Assembly: GCA_044892525.1 (NCBI GenBank)
Contig: CM097887.1
Span: 111,268,397-111,332,396, forward strand
From: Schmidtea polychroa
Lineage: Eukaryota
Reading direction: 5' to 3'
Length of the DNA stretch: 64,000 nucleotides
Shown here in pieces: positions 34,302-46,880 of the stretch (position 1 is the first letter of the stretch; each line of letters starts with the position of its first letter). Position numbers and translations under genes: made by a program. Under the pieces are notes generated by a model. The model had not been told where the DNA came from and did no database searches. It worked only from the letters and a program-made list of their open reading frames with translations.

Positions 34302-36049
34302 TCCTAATTAAATGCAAACTAAATAATCCCATTTTGCACACTAAAAAATTAACATTTGCTAACTATTTTTGCAAACTAAAAAATAATTTTTGCACACTAT
34401 AAAATTGATTTTTGCTAACTATTTTTTGAAAACTAAAAAAATGATTTTTGCACACTATTAAATACTTATTTGCTAACTATATTTTGCAAACTAAAAAAAT
34501 GATTTTTGCACACTATAAAATCGATATTTGCTAACTATGTTCTGCAAACTAAAAAATAAATATTTGCACACTATTTTCAAAAATATTTATACATTATAAA
34601 ATAAAAATTCCAGATATATTTCAATGAATAAAAAAGCATAGAGATTACAATTTATTGTGAATGCTTAAATACAACAATTTATAGACATTTAAAAAATGGT
34701 TTAACAAAATGTTTTGTATGATGGCTGCATTTTATTTGCACTAGATATAATAAATTTTTAGTTCTACTGCAACAGCAATGCTTTTCTTGCTTTTGCAGGG
34801 CGACCTCTCTTTCTTTTGGTTCCAATTGGAACATTTTTCGCTTCGGTTGGAGGGGCTACAAGCTTTAGTCGAATAGCTAATCCAACAATGTGTTTGCAAA
34901 GCATTTTTTTAAAAAAAGAAGGGCAGTTACAGTCTCCGTTAATCCAGTCATTTTGATCTTTTGGTAAAATAGTAGTCCATGAAAGAAATGCATTAATTTT
35001 AAACTCATCAAACGTTTCCCTGTTGTCAATTCCATCGTAGGTTTCTGTCAAATCTTTTGCAGCAATTTTGTAAACAACACCACTCTCTGTTGATTCTGGA
35101 GAAATGGTTTTCTTCAACTTTGCATACTGGTATGAGCTAGTACAAAGTTCCAAGTCAATTTCTGGTTCGGTTTTGATGACTTTAATTCCAGATTCGTAAT
35201 TGTTGGACCACCTTTCAATCCAATCAACCAATCCAACAGTAAATCTTGATAGTGAGACTCACTCTCTCATAGAATCTTCATCTTTCATGACTCGGTTGTA
35301 TGCCTCAAGGGCATTGTTTGTGCTAGGTGTTAGATTTTTGGCACCTTCAAACCAATTTTTATTTGATTTCAGCCATTCAGCTGTGAAGTATTCGACAAAC
35401 TCCTTGTTTGCCTTCCACTTTTTCAAGAATAAAATTGATGCTTTTTCAAAAACTTCTCTGGATTGACTGAGTTGCAAAGAATCAATGTCAGACAAAATTT
35501 CCTGTCTTGCATCTTTTGGAATCAAAGAATCCACTTTTTTCTGAACATTTTTTTTCATATGAGCCCAGCACATAATCACCAATACGTCTTTGCCAAACAC
35601 TGCTATGAAAGAGTTTTGGATGCTTTTTGATGCATCAGAAATTAATGTGCTTGGATTGAAGGGAGCATTGAAGATTTTAGGAACTTCATTCTATTGGCCT
35701 TCTTCATGAGTGATGGGGAGAACCACGTACCTTCGAGTGCATCGATGCGCTTCTTCAGAGCCCCGAGATTGTCTTTCAGTTGCCGGATTGTCGGATTTTT
35801 ATCTGCGCTTTATAGTTATAGACTTTATTATTTATAGTTACCACTTATTATTTATAGTTAGCATTTATTATTTATAGTTAGCATTTATTATTTATAGTTA
35901 GCATTTATTATTTATAGTTAGCATTTATTATTTATAGTTAGCATTTTGTATTTATAGTTAGCATTTATTATTTATAGTTAGCATTTATTATTTATAGTTA
36001 GCATTTATAGTGTGCAAATACATTAAAATAGTGTGCATTTAAATTGTAG
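34302..36049 (-). mobile_element. Internally deleted Mutator-like element (MULE) with repeat-built inverted ends
   Basis: Transposase fragment 34764-35688 (ISDASKSI...MCWAHMKK, STNNALE, SWIM finger CNCPSFFKKMLCKH, AT-hook KRGRP). Left end has ~57-bp repeats with TTGCACACTA/TTGCTAACTA; right end has the inverse motifs TAGTTAGCA/TAGTGTGCA. No TSD found. Confidence 0.8.
35809..36008. repeat. 20-bp minisatellite (TTTATAGTTAGCATTTATTA)n, ~10 units, forming the MULE right subterminal region
   Basis: Direct inspection. Confidence 0.92.
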
Positions 36050-38049
36050 CGATTTTTATTTATCTACCAGAATGATTCTACTTTGTGTGGATATTACTGA
36101 GGTTGACATTAGTTGGCTCTCAATGCTAATGGAATTTTTTATATTTTCAGTCTCAGTTTCCATATCCTGTTTAGATTTATTAAATTCGATTAGTTTCAAT
36201 GTGCGATGAAGACTACTGGACAATTGATTTAATGGTGAGAAAATTCGTAAAATTATTACGAGGAACACCTGACACTGAACGAACTACAGTGTGGTCGAAA
36301 AGGAAATTAACTAAACAACGGACGATTTGAATGTTATTGTTTATTCAGAGCCACTTTGATTGACATTTTGTCATGTGATTGAGATTTTGGTGAAAATTTT
36401 AACCTCCGGCTGGTCGATTAATCGGCCCAACTTCTGAAAACTTAGTTGAAATCTCATGCTAACTATCTCTAAAGCGCAATTCCTGAATGGAACTATGTTT
36501 TATGAAATTTACTGCTTTTCTATTCTTCTATTAGATATATTAAATCAAGGAAAATGCGGTTCTCATCGATTTCTACTGGATGGCTAAAGAAAATCAATTT
36601 TGCGTGGAAAGTGGATTTCAGGACATCTGTATAAGAGAGAACAAAAAGGACTCTATGGTCGTTAGAAATCTAATTCGACTGTCGATCGATCTCGACATCA
36701 TTGTTGACTTGAAGAATCATAGTAATTAGAATCGTTGTTATCTCGGAAAACGAAACTTCCTTCTCACTTTGTCATTTTACTCACATGGTCACGATTCCAA
36801 CGTGCCAAACTACAAAGACATCTACCGGCCATCAGCACGAGTGCCAACGAAGCACAAACATCCTCACAATCTGGTCTCGTTAATATGATTTATAAAAATA
36901 TATAAAATATCATACAAATGATTAGAAAGTTTTTGGTTATTCAACTATCGAAAAATATTCTCCTAATTGACAACTATCCCTGGACTTGTCGATAATAATT
37001 CTACCGTCTATCTGCGTTCGCAAACTGTTGCTGTGCTTCAGTCATCGTTTCGACTCTATAAGCATTTTCATATGGATATTCAACTTGTCTCAGTCTCATT
37101 TTAATTATGCAAATTTTTCATTTCGTCCTCAGTGAATCGTTATATACTGACACTCAATTCATTTGATTTTCCATTCATCTAGCCCTTCTCTTTCATCTAT
37201 CAATGCATAATAAAAGACATAAAAATGCAGAAAATACCCAAAGAGGACGGCATACAAAGCGATGAGTAAAAAACAATCAATTTAGAGAAAAATTAATTAA
37301 TTTAAATAAAAATTGAATAATTTAAACAAAAAATAAATTAAGCCAAAAAAATAATTAAAATTGAAAATCCTGATATACTCTCTTACTCGATCTTGACTGG
37401 TTAAAAATTCACCCAAAATACTATATATAGGTCCCTCTCAGTGGACACTTTACTGCTATTTTTCAAAATCATTTAGATCCATAACAATTACTGACTATTA
37501 TCAATTCAACAAATCACTAGTTTTCACTCAACCATCAGGAGCATTCTTTGGGACGATTTTCAATCTATAGTAAATTTATGCATAATGTTTGGTATACATT
37601 TGATGTTTATTTTAAATTTAAACGATTCAGTTTTTGCTTAAAAAGTCTCGTTCTTTTTCCTCATAATTCTTTAATACGAATGTTTTAGTAGATCCTTTTT
37701 ATTAGTTTTATGAGTATAGTGCCGTTGAGATACTAATTTCGCTAGAGGTGTGAAGAGAATGCATGTCTTTTCATCAGACGGTTCAACATTGTAGTTTCAA
37801 TCACTCAGTTGATTGAACATCGATTGGAGGGCCTCAAACGAGTTTATCGTTGCTGACGTTTCATAGATGGTGATAGGATAGTTTTAGAATGGAATGATGC
37901 ACGAGTAGACTTATCGGAGGGAGTTATTAAATGATCTCGATCAGTGTTTATCAACCTTTTTGACTTTCAGTTCCACATTTTTTTCACAAAAATCCCAGGC
38001 TCATTTTCACATTAAAAGACACGATTTTTAAGAAATGTAATTTTATTTA

Positions 38050-39910
38050 ACGTTCAATGACTTCCTTGATCTTGATTGTGCCAAACCAAAGTGTTCAGTT
38101 CAATCTTAAGTTATTGGTTTAGTCTAAGGCGTAGATCTCCCCGAAGCTCAATGTTTAACAAATGTCTTCATTTTGATAGTACATCAGAAACGGCAGAAAA
38201 TCCGGCTTCAACCAACCATGTAGTTGGAGATGCATGCAAGAAAGGCAACACGGGTGTGTGGATTTCACTTGTAACCAAGCAGTTAAACCTTCTTTATTTA
38301 ATTTTTCCATATGAATATGGTTATCCTTAAAATCAATGATTTCTGCAGCAATAAAAGGGTTCAGATCTGTCTCAATGAATTCATCAAAATTATTCAAATC
38401 CATAATCCATTTGGGTGGTGTTAGTTCAATTACATCAGTAAAACATCTTGCCATGTCCTCTCTCAGACTTGACAAATGGTTGGTGAAACAATGAATTGAT
38501 TCAACAGGAAGTGTAGTTTTGCCTAAATTTGGAAAAAATGCGAACACATTCTTTTGCAATTGTAAATTTTATAGAACCAATTTTTTTATAAAAGATCTAA
38601 CTTCCTCAGAAATTTCAGCTAAATTTGTGTTCTTTCCCTGCAATGACTTTTACAATTGATTTATATGGGATAACAAATCAGCAAGGTAAAGAATTTTAAT
38701 CTTTGTTTCATTGACAGAAAGTTTTGAATGAATTAATGTTACCTTATCTTTTTACTTTTTGCTACAGCCTTTTGATTTCATTTCACAAAGAAAATTCAAA
38801 ACCATGTCCCACAGTTCAATCAGACGAAGAAGACACATTCCCTTTGATAACTATATGCAAAATAAACCTTTGATGATCGCTTTAATAGTTGCTGAAATAA
38901 TCGGTCATACAAAGCATTTCCTTTGACAAAATTAATGGTATTGATGACCACGTTCAACGCATCTTCCAACTCACAGTTCAAAGATTTTGTAGCGAGGTGT
39001 TCTCGATGTAAGATACAATGTATAGCTAAATTATGTGGTGCTAATTCTTTCAATTTCGAGATGACTTCATTGTGTTTACCAGTCATGGCGCTAGCTCAAA
39101 GTGCAAAACTGAAATCTTGTTGAAAATATTTGCCGCATCTTTCCTGACATCTCTTTGGCGCAAGCTATTAAGGCTGGTTTTACAAGTCGTTCACCAATAA
39201 TGTGAGGTTTTCCCGATTTGTCCATCAATTCACTCACAACATAACTTGCTCTGATGGCTTTATTTTTCCGTTCACTTACTTTCTTCATTTTTCTTTATTC
39301 GTTTTTGTGCTTTTTTGACAAAATAATTACGATCTCTTCCAACTGATCCAGGAATTTTTAATTTCTGATGTGACAATAGTTTAGATTTTGTCATTGACTC
39401 GTTTGTCATAATTAGACTACATTCAATAAATTCTGGTTTATCAGAACTGGTGCTTGAAGGTTTGGTAGCTTCTCGTTATCCTCCTCTTCTTTTCTTTTAC
39501 AAGTGATATCACTGAAACATTAGAAAGAAATTAAATATAATATAAAATAAAAAAACTACAGCAAATGATAAAAGAAATAAATTTTTAATTTATACGTCAA
39601 ATTTGAAAAACAGACAAGTTTGACAAAATAAAATGATTTTTAAACTTGACGTATAAATTAAAAATTTAATAGTAATTGTTATATATTAAAAATTTATTAA
39701 TATTTAACAACATTTAGGTTAATCGATAGAAGATCTGTCGTAAATTTCAGGTGGAATTTACGACAGTTCTTCTTTCCATACTCCAAAAATTAATAATATT
39801 TCAAAAATTAAATTTTTCGGACAAACTACGGCCCAATTCATTCTCCAGGCCCCGCAATATCTTTACTCAAGTCCACATGTGGGCTCTGGGGCCCACGTTA
39901 AGAAACATTG
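38050..39910 (-). mobile_element. Decayed Buster/Charlie-type hAT transposon
   Basis: Fragments ASYVVSEL..KSGKPHIIGERLVKPA, HCILHREHLA, and (frameshifted) PTTWLVEAGFSAV...RGDLRL. Terminal TTAAGAAACATTG at 39898-39910. The other end was not located. Confidence 0.8.
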
Positions 39911-40162
39911 ATCTAAATGAGAAGTACGATCGCAAATGAATAGTATGATGAGTTCACGAAATCAGAAATAGAACAGTGATGTAAATCTTCATGTGTAGAA
40001 ATGAGTGAAGGGAGTCCGGAGAGTGTGGATGCATGATTGAGGGGGTCTGAGCGTTTTCGTCGATGTCGTTGTCTTCCTTGGAATAATGATACCTGCTGCT
40101 TATGGAGAATCATATATGGTCAGGAAACGTTGATTGTCACTGTAGAGACTTTCGTCCTCTAA

Positions 40163-40741
40163 TCTAATATATAAAGATGAAAGTTTGTTTGTTTGTTTTC
40201 TATAGAATTCCCCATTGTTGGACCTAGGGTGCTGAAAATTTACATGTGGCCCTCATTTGACTCGGGACAGATCATATGATATTTTTCAACCCCAGGTGAC
40301 CACCCCTTAGTCGGTTTTTTGTCTGTCCAGTCAGTAATTTACCATATAAATAATAATTTATTATATGCTTGCTACTTGCAGTTGAAAGTAATATAATTTA
40401 GTCAAAAGTTTTCAAAACAGAATTCAAACATGGAGAATTTGAATTGTATTTGATTAGTGAACCAGTTTGCAATTGGAAACATATTGCCAGTTATTTTTCA
40501 ATTTAAATTGGAGTGCGTTTTCGATTTTACAAATTGAAATTTATTTTGAAAGCTTTTCTTATTGTGAATTTGCGAAGTTTTCTCCGGCCGAAAAGCTGAT
40601 ACTACCTTATATCAGACTAGCTGTTGTACCCGGCTTCGCCCGAGTTTACATTTATTATAACAATTCGTTTAAACAAAAAATTAATTTAAACGAATTATTA
40701 TAATAAATGTAAACTCGGGCGAAGCCGGGTACAACAGCTAG
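40163..40741 (+). mobile_element. Non-autonomous Helitron
   Basis: 5' A|TCTAATATATAAAG...GTTTGTTTGTTTG; 3' GC-rich CGGGCGAAGCCGGG followed by AGCTAG|T. Confidence 0.7.
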
Positions 40742-40790
40742 TCTGATATAACGTAGTATCAGCTTTTCGGCCGGAGAAAACTTCGCAAAT
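40568..40790. repeat. Fold-back inverted repeat with 106-bp arms and an 11-bp spacer
   Basis: 40568-40673 is the reverse complement of 40685-40790 with about 2 mismatches. Confidence 0.92.
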
Positions 40791-43080
40791 CACCTTTAGA
40801 TTGTTCCAATAACCTAAAGTTTAAAAAAGTGAAAAAGTTTCCCGACTGCTTGTAACAATGTCCATTGTCCATGAAGGTCATGTGTCCAAATGCAACTGAA
40901 GGAATAAATCTTTCCATTTTTCGTATTCATGATAAGCGACATTGTTATTTACAACAAAATGAATCCGCATCATTCCGTTGCTGATTACGTTTACTCGTCA
41001 TTCAAATAAATAAATAAATTTACATATATGAAAATTCATTAAATTTAAAAAATGTAACCGCTCAAATTTTTATTAAAAATTTATTATTTCCACATAAACA
41101 AGCTAAAAATCTTATTTGGATTCACTTTAATATCGAAAAGATTTTACTAAACTAAAATGTCAATTTTTTTCTGCTTGAAAAGAAAATTCTGGAAATTTCA
41201 GTTTTATAATCGAAAAAGAATTTCAAAATACTCAGTTTTGATTTTGTCTTTTTCTTCGAGTTTTCAATATGAACTTTTTCATTAGATATCATTCCGTTGG
41301 TATCATTTAATTCATCAGAAGGATCTAAACTTTCGAAATTGTTTCGTGAATTTTGGTCAATGTCAATGTTATTATTAAAAGTTCTTTCAAGTGTTTTCTA
41401 AATAAAAGATAAGTCGTAATATCAATTTTATAATTAATAACTTGTAAGGTTATGATATGCATTTTGAAGCCTTCCAGATCTTCAGTGTATTTGTTTTTTG
41501 AAAGAGTATAAACATCTTGAAGTCTTTGGAAATTTTCATTTTCATAAATAAAAAATCTATCTTCTAAAATTATTTTATTCAATTTAATATTCAATAAAAA
41601 AAATTTAATAAATCAAACTTTCTTTACTGTCATAAACGCACAGTGTTGACAAAGATATAGAGCGGTATGTTTTCATTTTGATTGGATGATTTTTCTTATT
41701 TATTTTCGCAATTAATAAGAAATCATCGAATAGCATTAGTTTCGAATAATAATTCTAAATATTATAAATGAAATCATTTAGAAAGTGGAAATTATTTTTA
41801 CCTTTATACTGACGGTAGTCAAAGTTACAAATTCTGAAGACCGTAAAATTCGAGATTTACTGATGTTATCACGCTGAATATAAGAGAAAATTAATATAAT
41901 TTACACCAAAACTATTTTAACCTCTTCGGTAAATTGGATTATGTCAACTGGGAGTTTCTGGACGGAATTTGCATTTGGATAATCGGATTTTTTGAATCCA
42001 ATTGGAATAATTTGATTTTTCAATGACATGTCATCATTATAACTTGCTATTGTTGACCAGGTGTCGTTTAAATCTATCTAAATTTAATTATAAATTTTTA
42101 ATTTCAAAATATTAATTAATTACATTTGATTCTGGCATTGTTTTTAAATTTGATAAGAATTTTTTTCTGTCTATTTATTCTTTTATAGTCATCCGTTACG
42201 TAATGGATAACTCGATTATTAAAATATTTTCCTTAAAATTTAAATTTATCCGTAATTATTTTAAAGGTAAATTTATATAAAAAATTAATTTGTAATTTTC
42301 CTTATATAAGTTAAGTCTGTCTAAGCACTTCAATTTAACCCTTAAAAGACCAGGAAAAAATAATACTAAAGACCGATAATGTCTAACGGACACTTACATG
42401 ACTAACAGTAAGAAATTATTGTTTTTCTCTTATACCTTGCCGTTTCCTGACACTTATAGATAATCAGGGACAGCTCTATCATTTAGGCGAATTAGGCGGC
42501 CGCCTAGGGCGCAAAATATTTTTCTAAATTATTTCTCGAATATATAAAAAAAATTATTTACTAACAAATCGCATCTATCTAATATTCTTACATTATTAAA
42601 CAGATAAGCTTAGCGGGTTAGTAAATACTAAATTTTACTAGCGAGAAAACGTTGTGAGAATCGGTAGCGCTAATTTTCCTCAGAGTATAGGGTATACTCT
42701 GTTTTCCTACACGGCTGCACTGTCCAAGGCGAGTAAAACCGTAATTTAAATAATTATTAAAACATAATGTTTCAGTTGGCATTCTTTAAGGTAGGTGCTT
42801 CATAAAAATTCGCCTAGTGCGCTAGGATAAAATTATCTTGTTTTCCAGCATATTCCTTTGGACATTCCTAATTCCCGCATTATCTCAGACATCTGTCAAG
42901 ATATATCATTTTATCTCATTTTCTTCCTTTTTATTCTTCCAACTGTTCCAGTGATTTATTTATTATCTCGTGTAAACTCTTAAGATAGCGAATTTCCTTT
43001 CCCAAATCGTTTTGTTTTTGTTTTCTTCATTTTCATTTGCACCTATTAATTAAAATCGACTTTGTCACATTCCATTATTT

Positions 43081-46000
43081 TGTTGGTCACTTAGGGGAAT
43101 GTTATTTATTTACTGAGGAATTCTCCTAAGAGCCCTTCATGACTTGACCATGATCTCCCTCATGAGTACCCATGAAAATAGGTCATGTTGGTGCTGCACG
43201 GAATTTGTGAACAGATGAGCCCCTGTGTTAGGACTACTATTCACAATATTCGCTGTACGGGTTCGTGAATGCCGATAGAAGGTCTTACATATACTCTACC
43301 TGTCTTTCTGACTACAATCTGTCTCTGGTCCAGTGAGACAACTTCAAAATTCTTAATTTTTCGACATGATTACGGATCTGGAAAATAACGTCTCTCTATA
43401 TAATTTCATACAAAAGCGTGAGAACATAAGACTTTTTTCAACAAATTCTATTACATACCACATAAATAACACGGGTGAATCATCTAATGTTTTACACATT
43501 GGTATTACAGTGTCCATACTAAGCGACAACCAATACGTTTTGACTGGAAAGTTGGTTTAGTCCTGGAGATACGAGATCGAATCTTTTCACACCAGGTCTC
43601 CTTCTTCGATCATAGCATCAATGTCCGTTTGTAGATGCGGATCGTGATGGAGCACAAAAGTTGACGAAGGGATTACTCGATAAGAATCTATTGCAAGTGG
43701 TGTGAGAAGATTACCACTAGACGATCTTACGTTGGCCTCTTGAGCCGCTAATAATGTGGACTCCAAAGCGGCGATCTCTCTTTGTCGCCTTTTCGTTCGC
43801 TCTGCACGAGTTGGACGTTTTCTTTTCCAGGGACTGGGTTTCGTTGGAACGTCTGGTTGTGCTACTGGTGCGGCGAGTAACGACTTAGTGAGAGCGGAAT
43901 CCGGATGCACGTTGATACTTGGTTCACCGTCCAAGATAGGAGCGATGTATGGCGGGAGATCGGGGCCGTGGCCTTGACAACCAGAAGATGTTAGTGAAGT
44001 TATTTCATCCATCCGATGGTGGATGAGGAAAATATTCAGCTTATCTGCCATTGGGTACTCTTTCACTTGCCGCTTCAACTCTGATTCAGAGTATATTTGA
44101 TGCATGGCCTCCGACTGGGCCTTGATCGTGAGCCGTTGGCATCGACTTTCCTCCAGGAGGCTATCCCGGCAACGTTCGAGCCGTAAGATTTTCATGTCAG
44201 CCTCTTTCATTTGTGGCAGGGAGAACTACGTACTTTTCAGCGTATCGATACGCTTCTTCAGAGCCCGTATATGATCTTTCAGTTTTGCATATCCGCATTT
44301 TTGTCGGCACACGAAAAACAGGGCTTCGGGCCGCTTTTTGGCAAGTTAGGTTCCGACCTACTAGAAAAGTGAGTTAACAATAAAACCACTAATATACGAA
44401 ATAGATCAATACACTTCCATCGTATATCAGGCACTATACTACCCTCCTTATTTTTATCCTCAATTAACCTCTCAAAATCTTATTGTCCTATTAAACGCGA
44501 TCGTTTTCTCACATATTTTAGTATTTTTTTCAGTTGTTTCATTTTGGTCTCAGCGGGAGTGAGATTTGATCATGGAGTTTGAACCACTTACATTATTATT
44601 ATCGTTAAAAAATTCGCTGTAGTATATAGCCCCTTTCAGAATACCATGAATTACGAAATCTCCCTACAAAATATAAGCTCTATTAACCACTCGGAATCGC
44701 TATCTTATTTTAATTACCATATTCATTCATGGCGAGAATCGTTTCCCTAATCACCGCATGGACTACCATTTTAATTACTTCGAAAAATAACAAATGGTGC
44801 AAGAAATTTTATGATGTTAGACTAGGATTTTTTGGCGGTCTCTCCCCTTAGATAGGACGCCGCCATTCTCTTATGATATTAAATTTTTAGAACTATTCCT
44901 TCTCAGCTCGATTTGTTTTAATAAAGACCATATTTTTATAATGAATTTATTTTAATTAGTTTGGTCAATTTATTTGTTGATCTAGTAACGTTGCATGTTT
45001 ATCTTATCGACTAGATATGTGTGACAGTCATAGTAAATTCCTCTGCCGAGTAAAAGAAAATTGATATGAAAGGCTGATGACCAATTCCAAACAACCGATT
45101 CAGTGGTATTCTTGGCTCCGACTATTTATCTGTCATTTTCTCGTAACTTCACTTTGATCGTTTATATGTATCAAATTTATTGAAACGAATTGTCAATTTC
45201 CTGTTTGCGAATGTTTATGATAGCAGGAAACGTATATCCTAAGAGACGGACGAGGTGAAATTCCGGGGAGTGTTGTGCATCGTCCCATTGGAGACCGGAT
45301 GTTTACTATAGCTGACGCTCCAAGATCTATTCTATTATCTTGGGAATCTCATATTTGTCAATGTTAACGACCTATCGTGAATGAAAGAAATCTATCGGAA
45401 TGAATGAAAATCATACACTTAAAAAATATGGAATTCACTGATGAAAATGTCGAAGCTCTCTCATCTACTTTCGAGTTCGTATAAGTGCCGATGACCATAA
45501 AAGAAATCGAAAGTGATCATAGTGTTGTGGTTTCAACCGCTGGACGAATTTACATCGTAACCGTGTCAGAAAATATGGTATTTGTTCTTGTTCAAGTCCT
45601 CGAATTTGTGCTCATTACTATCATAGAGAGTTGCCACTCGACGAAAAATCAACTTTAATTGTATGACTTAGTCATTTCTAAATATATGTCGTGACTCTAG
45701 CATCGCCATCTGTGAGGATCATCTGGTAACTACCAACACAAGGGTCAGTAATCCCAAAACGACCCTCACAAACGGGTCAAACCATATCTATGTGCCTAAA
45801 TAATCATAATAAATCAAATCAATTCTCAAATTAAAATAAATCCAATCCACTCTAGCCTTTAAGAATAGTTAAATCAAATCTAATCGACTCCAGTATTCAG
45901 CGATCACACCCTTCTCAAATTGGAGATTACACCTCTTAGTACTTCCTTCCTCAATAACAATCGATTCCTCATTTTTCGACCATTGCTACTCAGCCTAACC

Positions 46001-46880
46001 ATACCTCTCTCTCTCCATTTTTTTCGGATAATTACATTTCCAAGTTGTCATAATTTATACAATCCATTCCTACCTCATCACATTTGTGTAGAAATTCCTT
46101 CTCTGGCTATACTACAATCTTCGATATTCAACCAATATCAATATCGCCTGTTCTTGATTTCAACTCAAATCCTTCGACTGAATACAAGGGAACATATCTC
46201 AAAATCTTTCCGCCTCTCTCTCTCCTGCCTATGCGTTCTCCCCTGTTCTTCATTGGTGAAATCAAGTGGTCCTTCTGTACTCTCATTATTCTTCTCAGTC
46301 ATTCCAGTACGGCTTTTCGCATTCGCAATCATAGAACAGTGTCATCGCTGAATCTCAACATAAATAAAATTCGTATCATGAAGAGAAAAGAGGAACATTT
46401 TATGACTATCATAATATTTTAATCCAAATAAATAATCATACTATTTGTACATAAATAATGAACGAAAATTTACATTTTTCCTTTCCTTTCTGGTCGATAA
46501 AATTCTGAAAACTACTGTGATATAATATACGATCAAGTACTAGATATAGTGTGAAGTAGTGTTTTTTCTTTTTTTTGTTCTTTTTAAATTCTTTTCCTAA
46601 GTTATTTGTCTTTTTCTTTTGATAATTTATTAAATAATTTAATTTTCACATTTTTTCTCCTGCTTTTTGTCGGATCCTGATGGTCGTTTTGTTTGTAGTT
46701 TGGTATTTTATTCCTTTTTTGTTTTATTTATGGTTTTTATTGATTATAATTTATTTCTTTAGTAATATTTTGTTCTTTCGATATTTATTTTTATTCTCTC
46801 TAACTATTTTCTCTTTGCTTTTTTGGTATTTAGGTATTATTAACATTATTATTATTCAGATAATATAATCAAAAGTTACC
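43081..46880 (-). repeat. Near full-length diverged LTR, third subfamily copy (terminus at 43081; far boundary approximate)
   Basis: Minus strand ends in GACCAACA, with the conserved terminal block and the LTR-ORF homolog. An A-rich tract (minus strand) at 46560-46860 lies at a similar distance from the end as the U3 A-rich tract of copy 1. Confidence 0.6.
43587..44360 (-). pseudogene. LTR-encoded ORF homolog, copy 3 (1-nt deletion and TGG>TAG near the 5' end)
   Basis: PKPCFSCADKNAD, then a frameshift, then RALKKRIDTLKST*FS...KILRLERCRDSLLEESRCQRLTIKAQSE...WKRKRPTRAER...DIDAMIEEGDLV. Confidence 0.85.

Noticed and set aside
35809-36008. CRISPR-like array (also 34316-34575 and 52555-52636)
   Set aside because: Head-to-tail tandem repeats without unique spacers, in a eukaryotic context.
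32426-36437. Solo LTR with far end at GGCCCAACT (36424-36432)
   Set aside because: Terminal base mismatched and flanks (CATAA vs TCTGA) give no TSD.
40900-42200. Possible multi-exon minus-strand host gene (also 48360-48870)
   Set aside because: Exon-like segments with GT/AG borders are present, but I could not build a consistent open reading frame or recognise a product.
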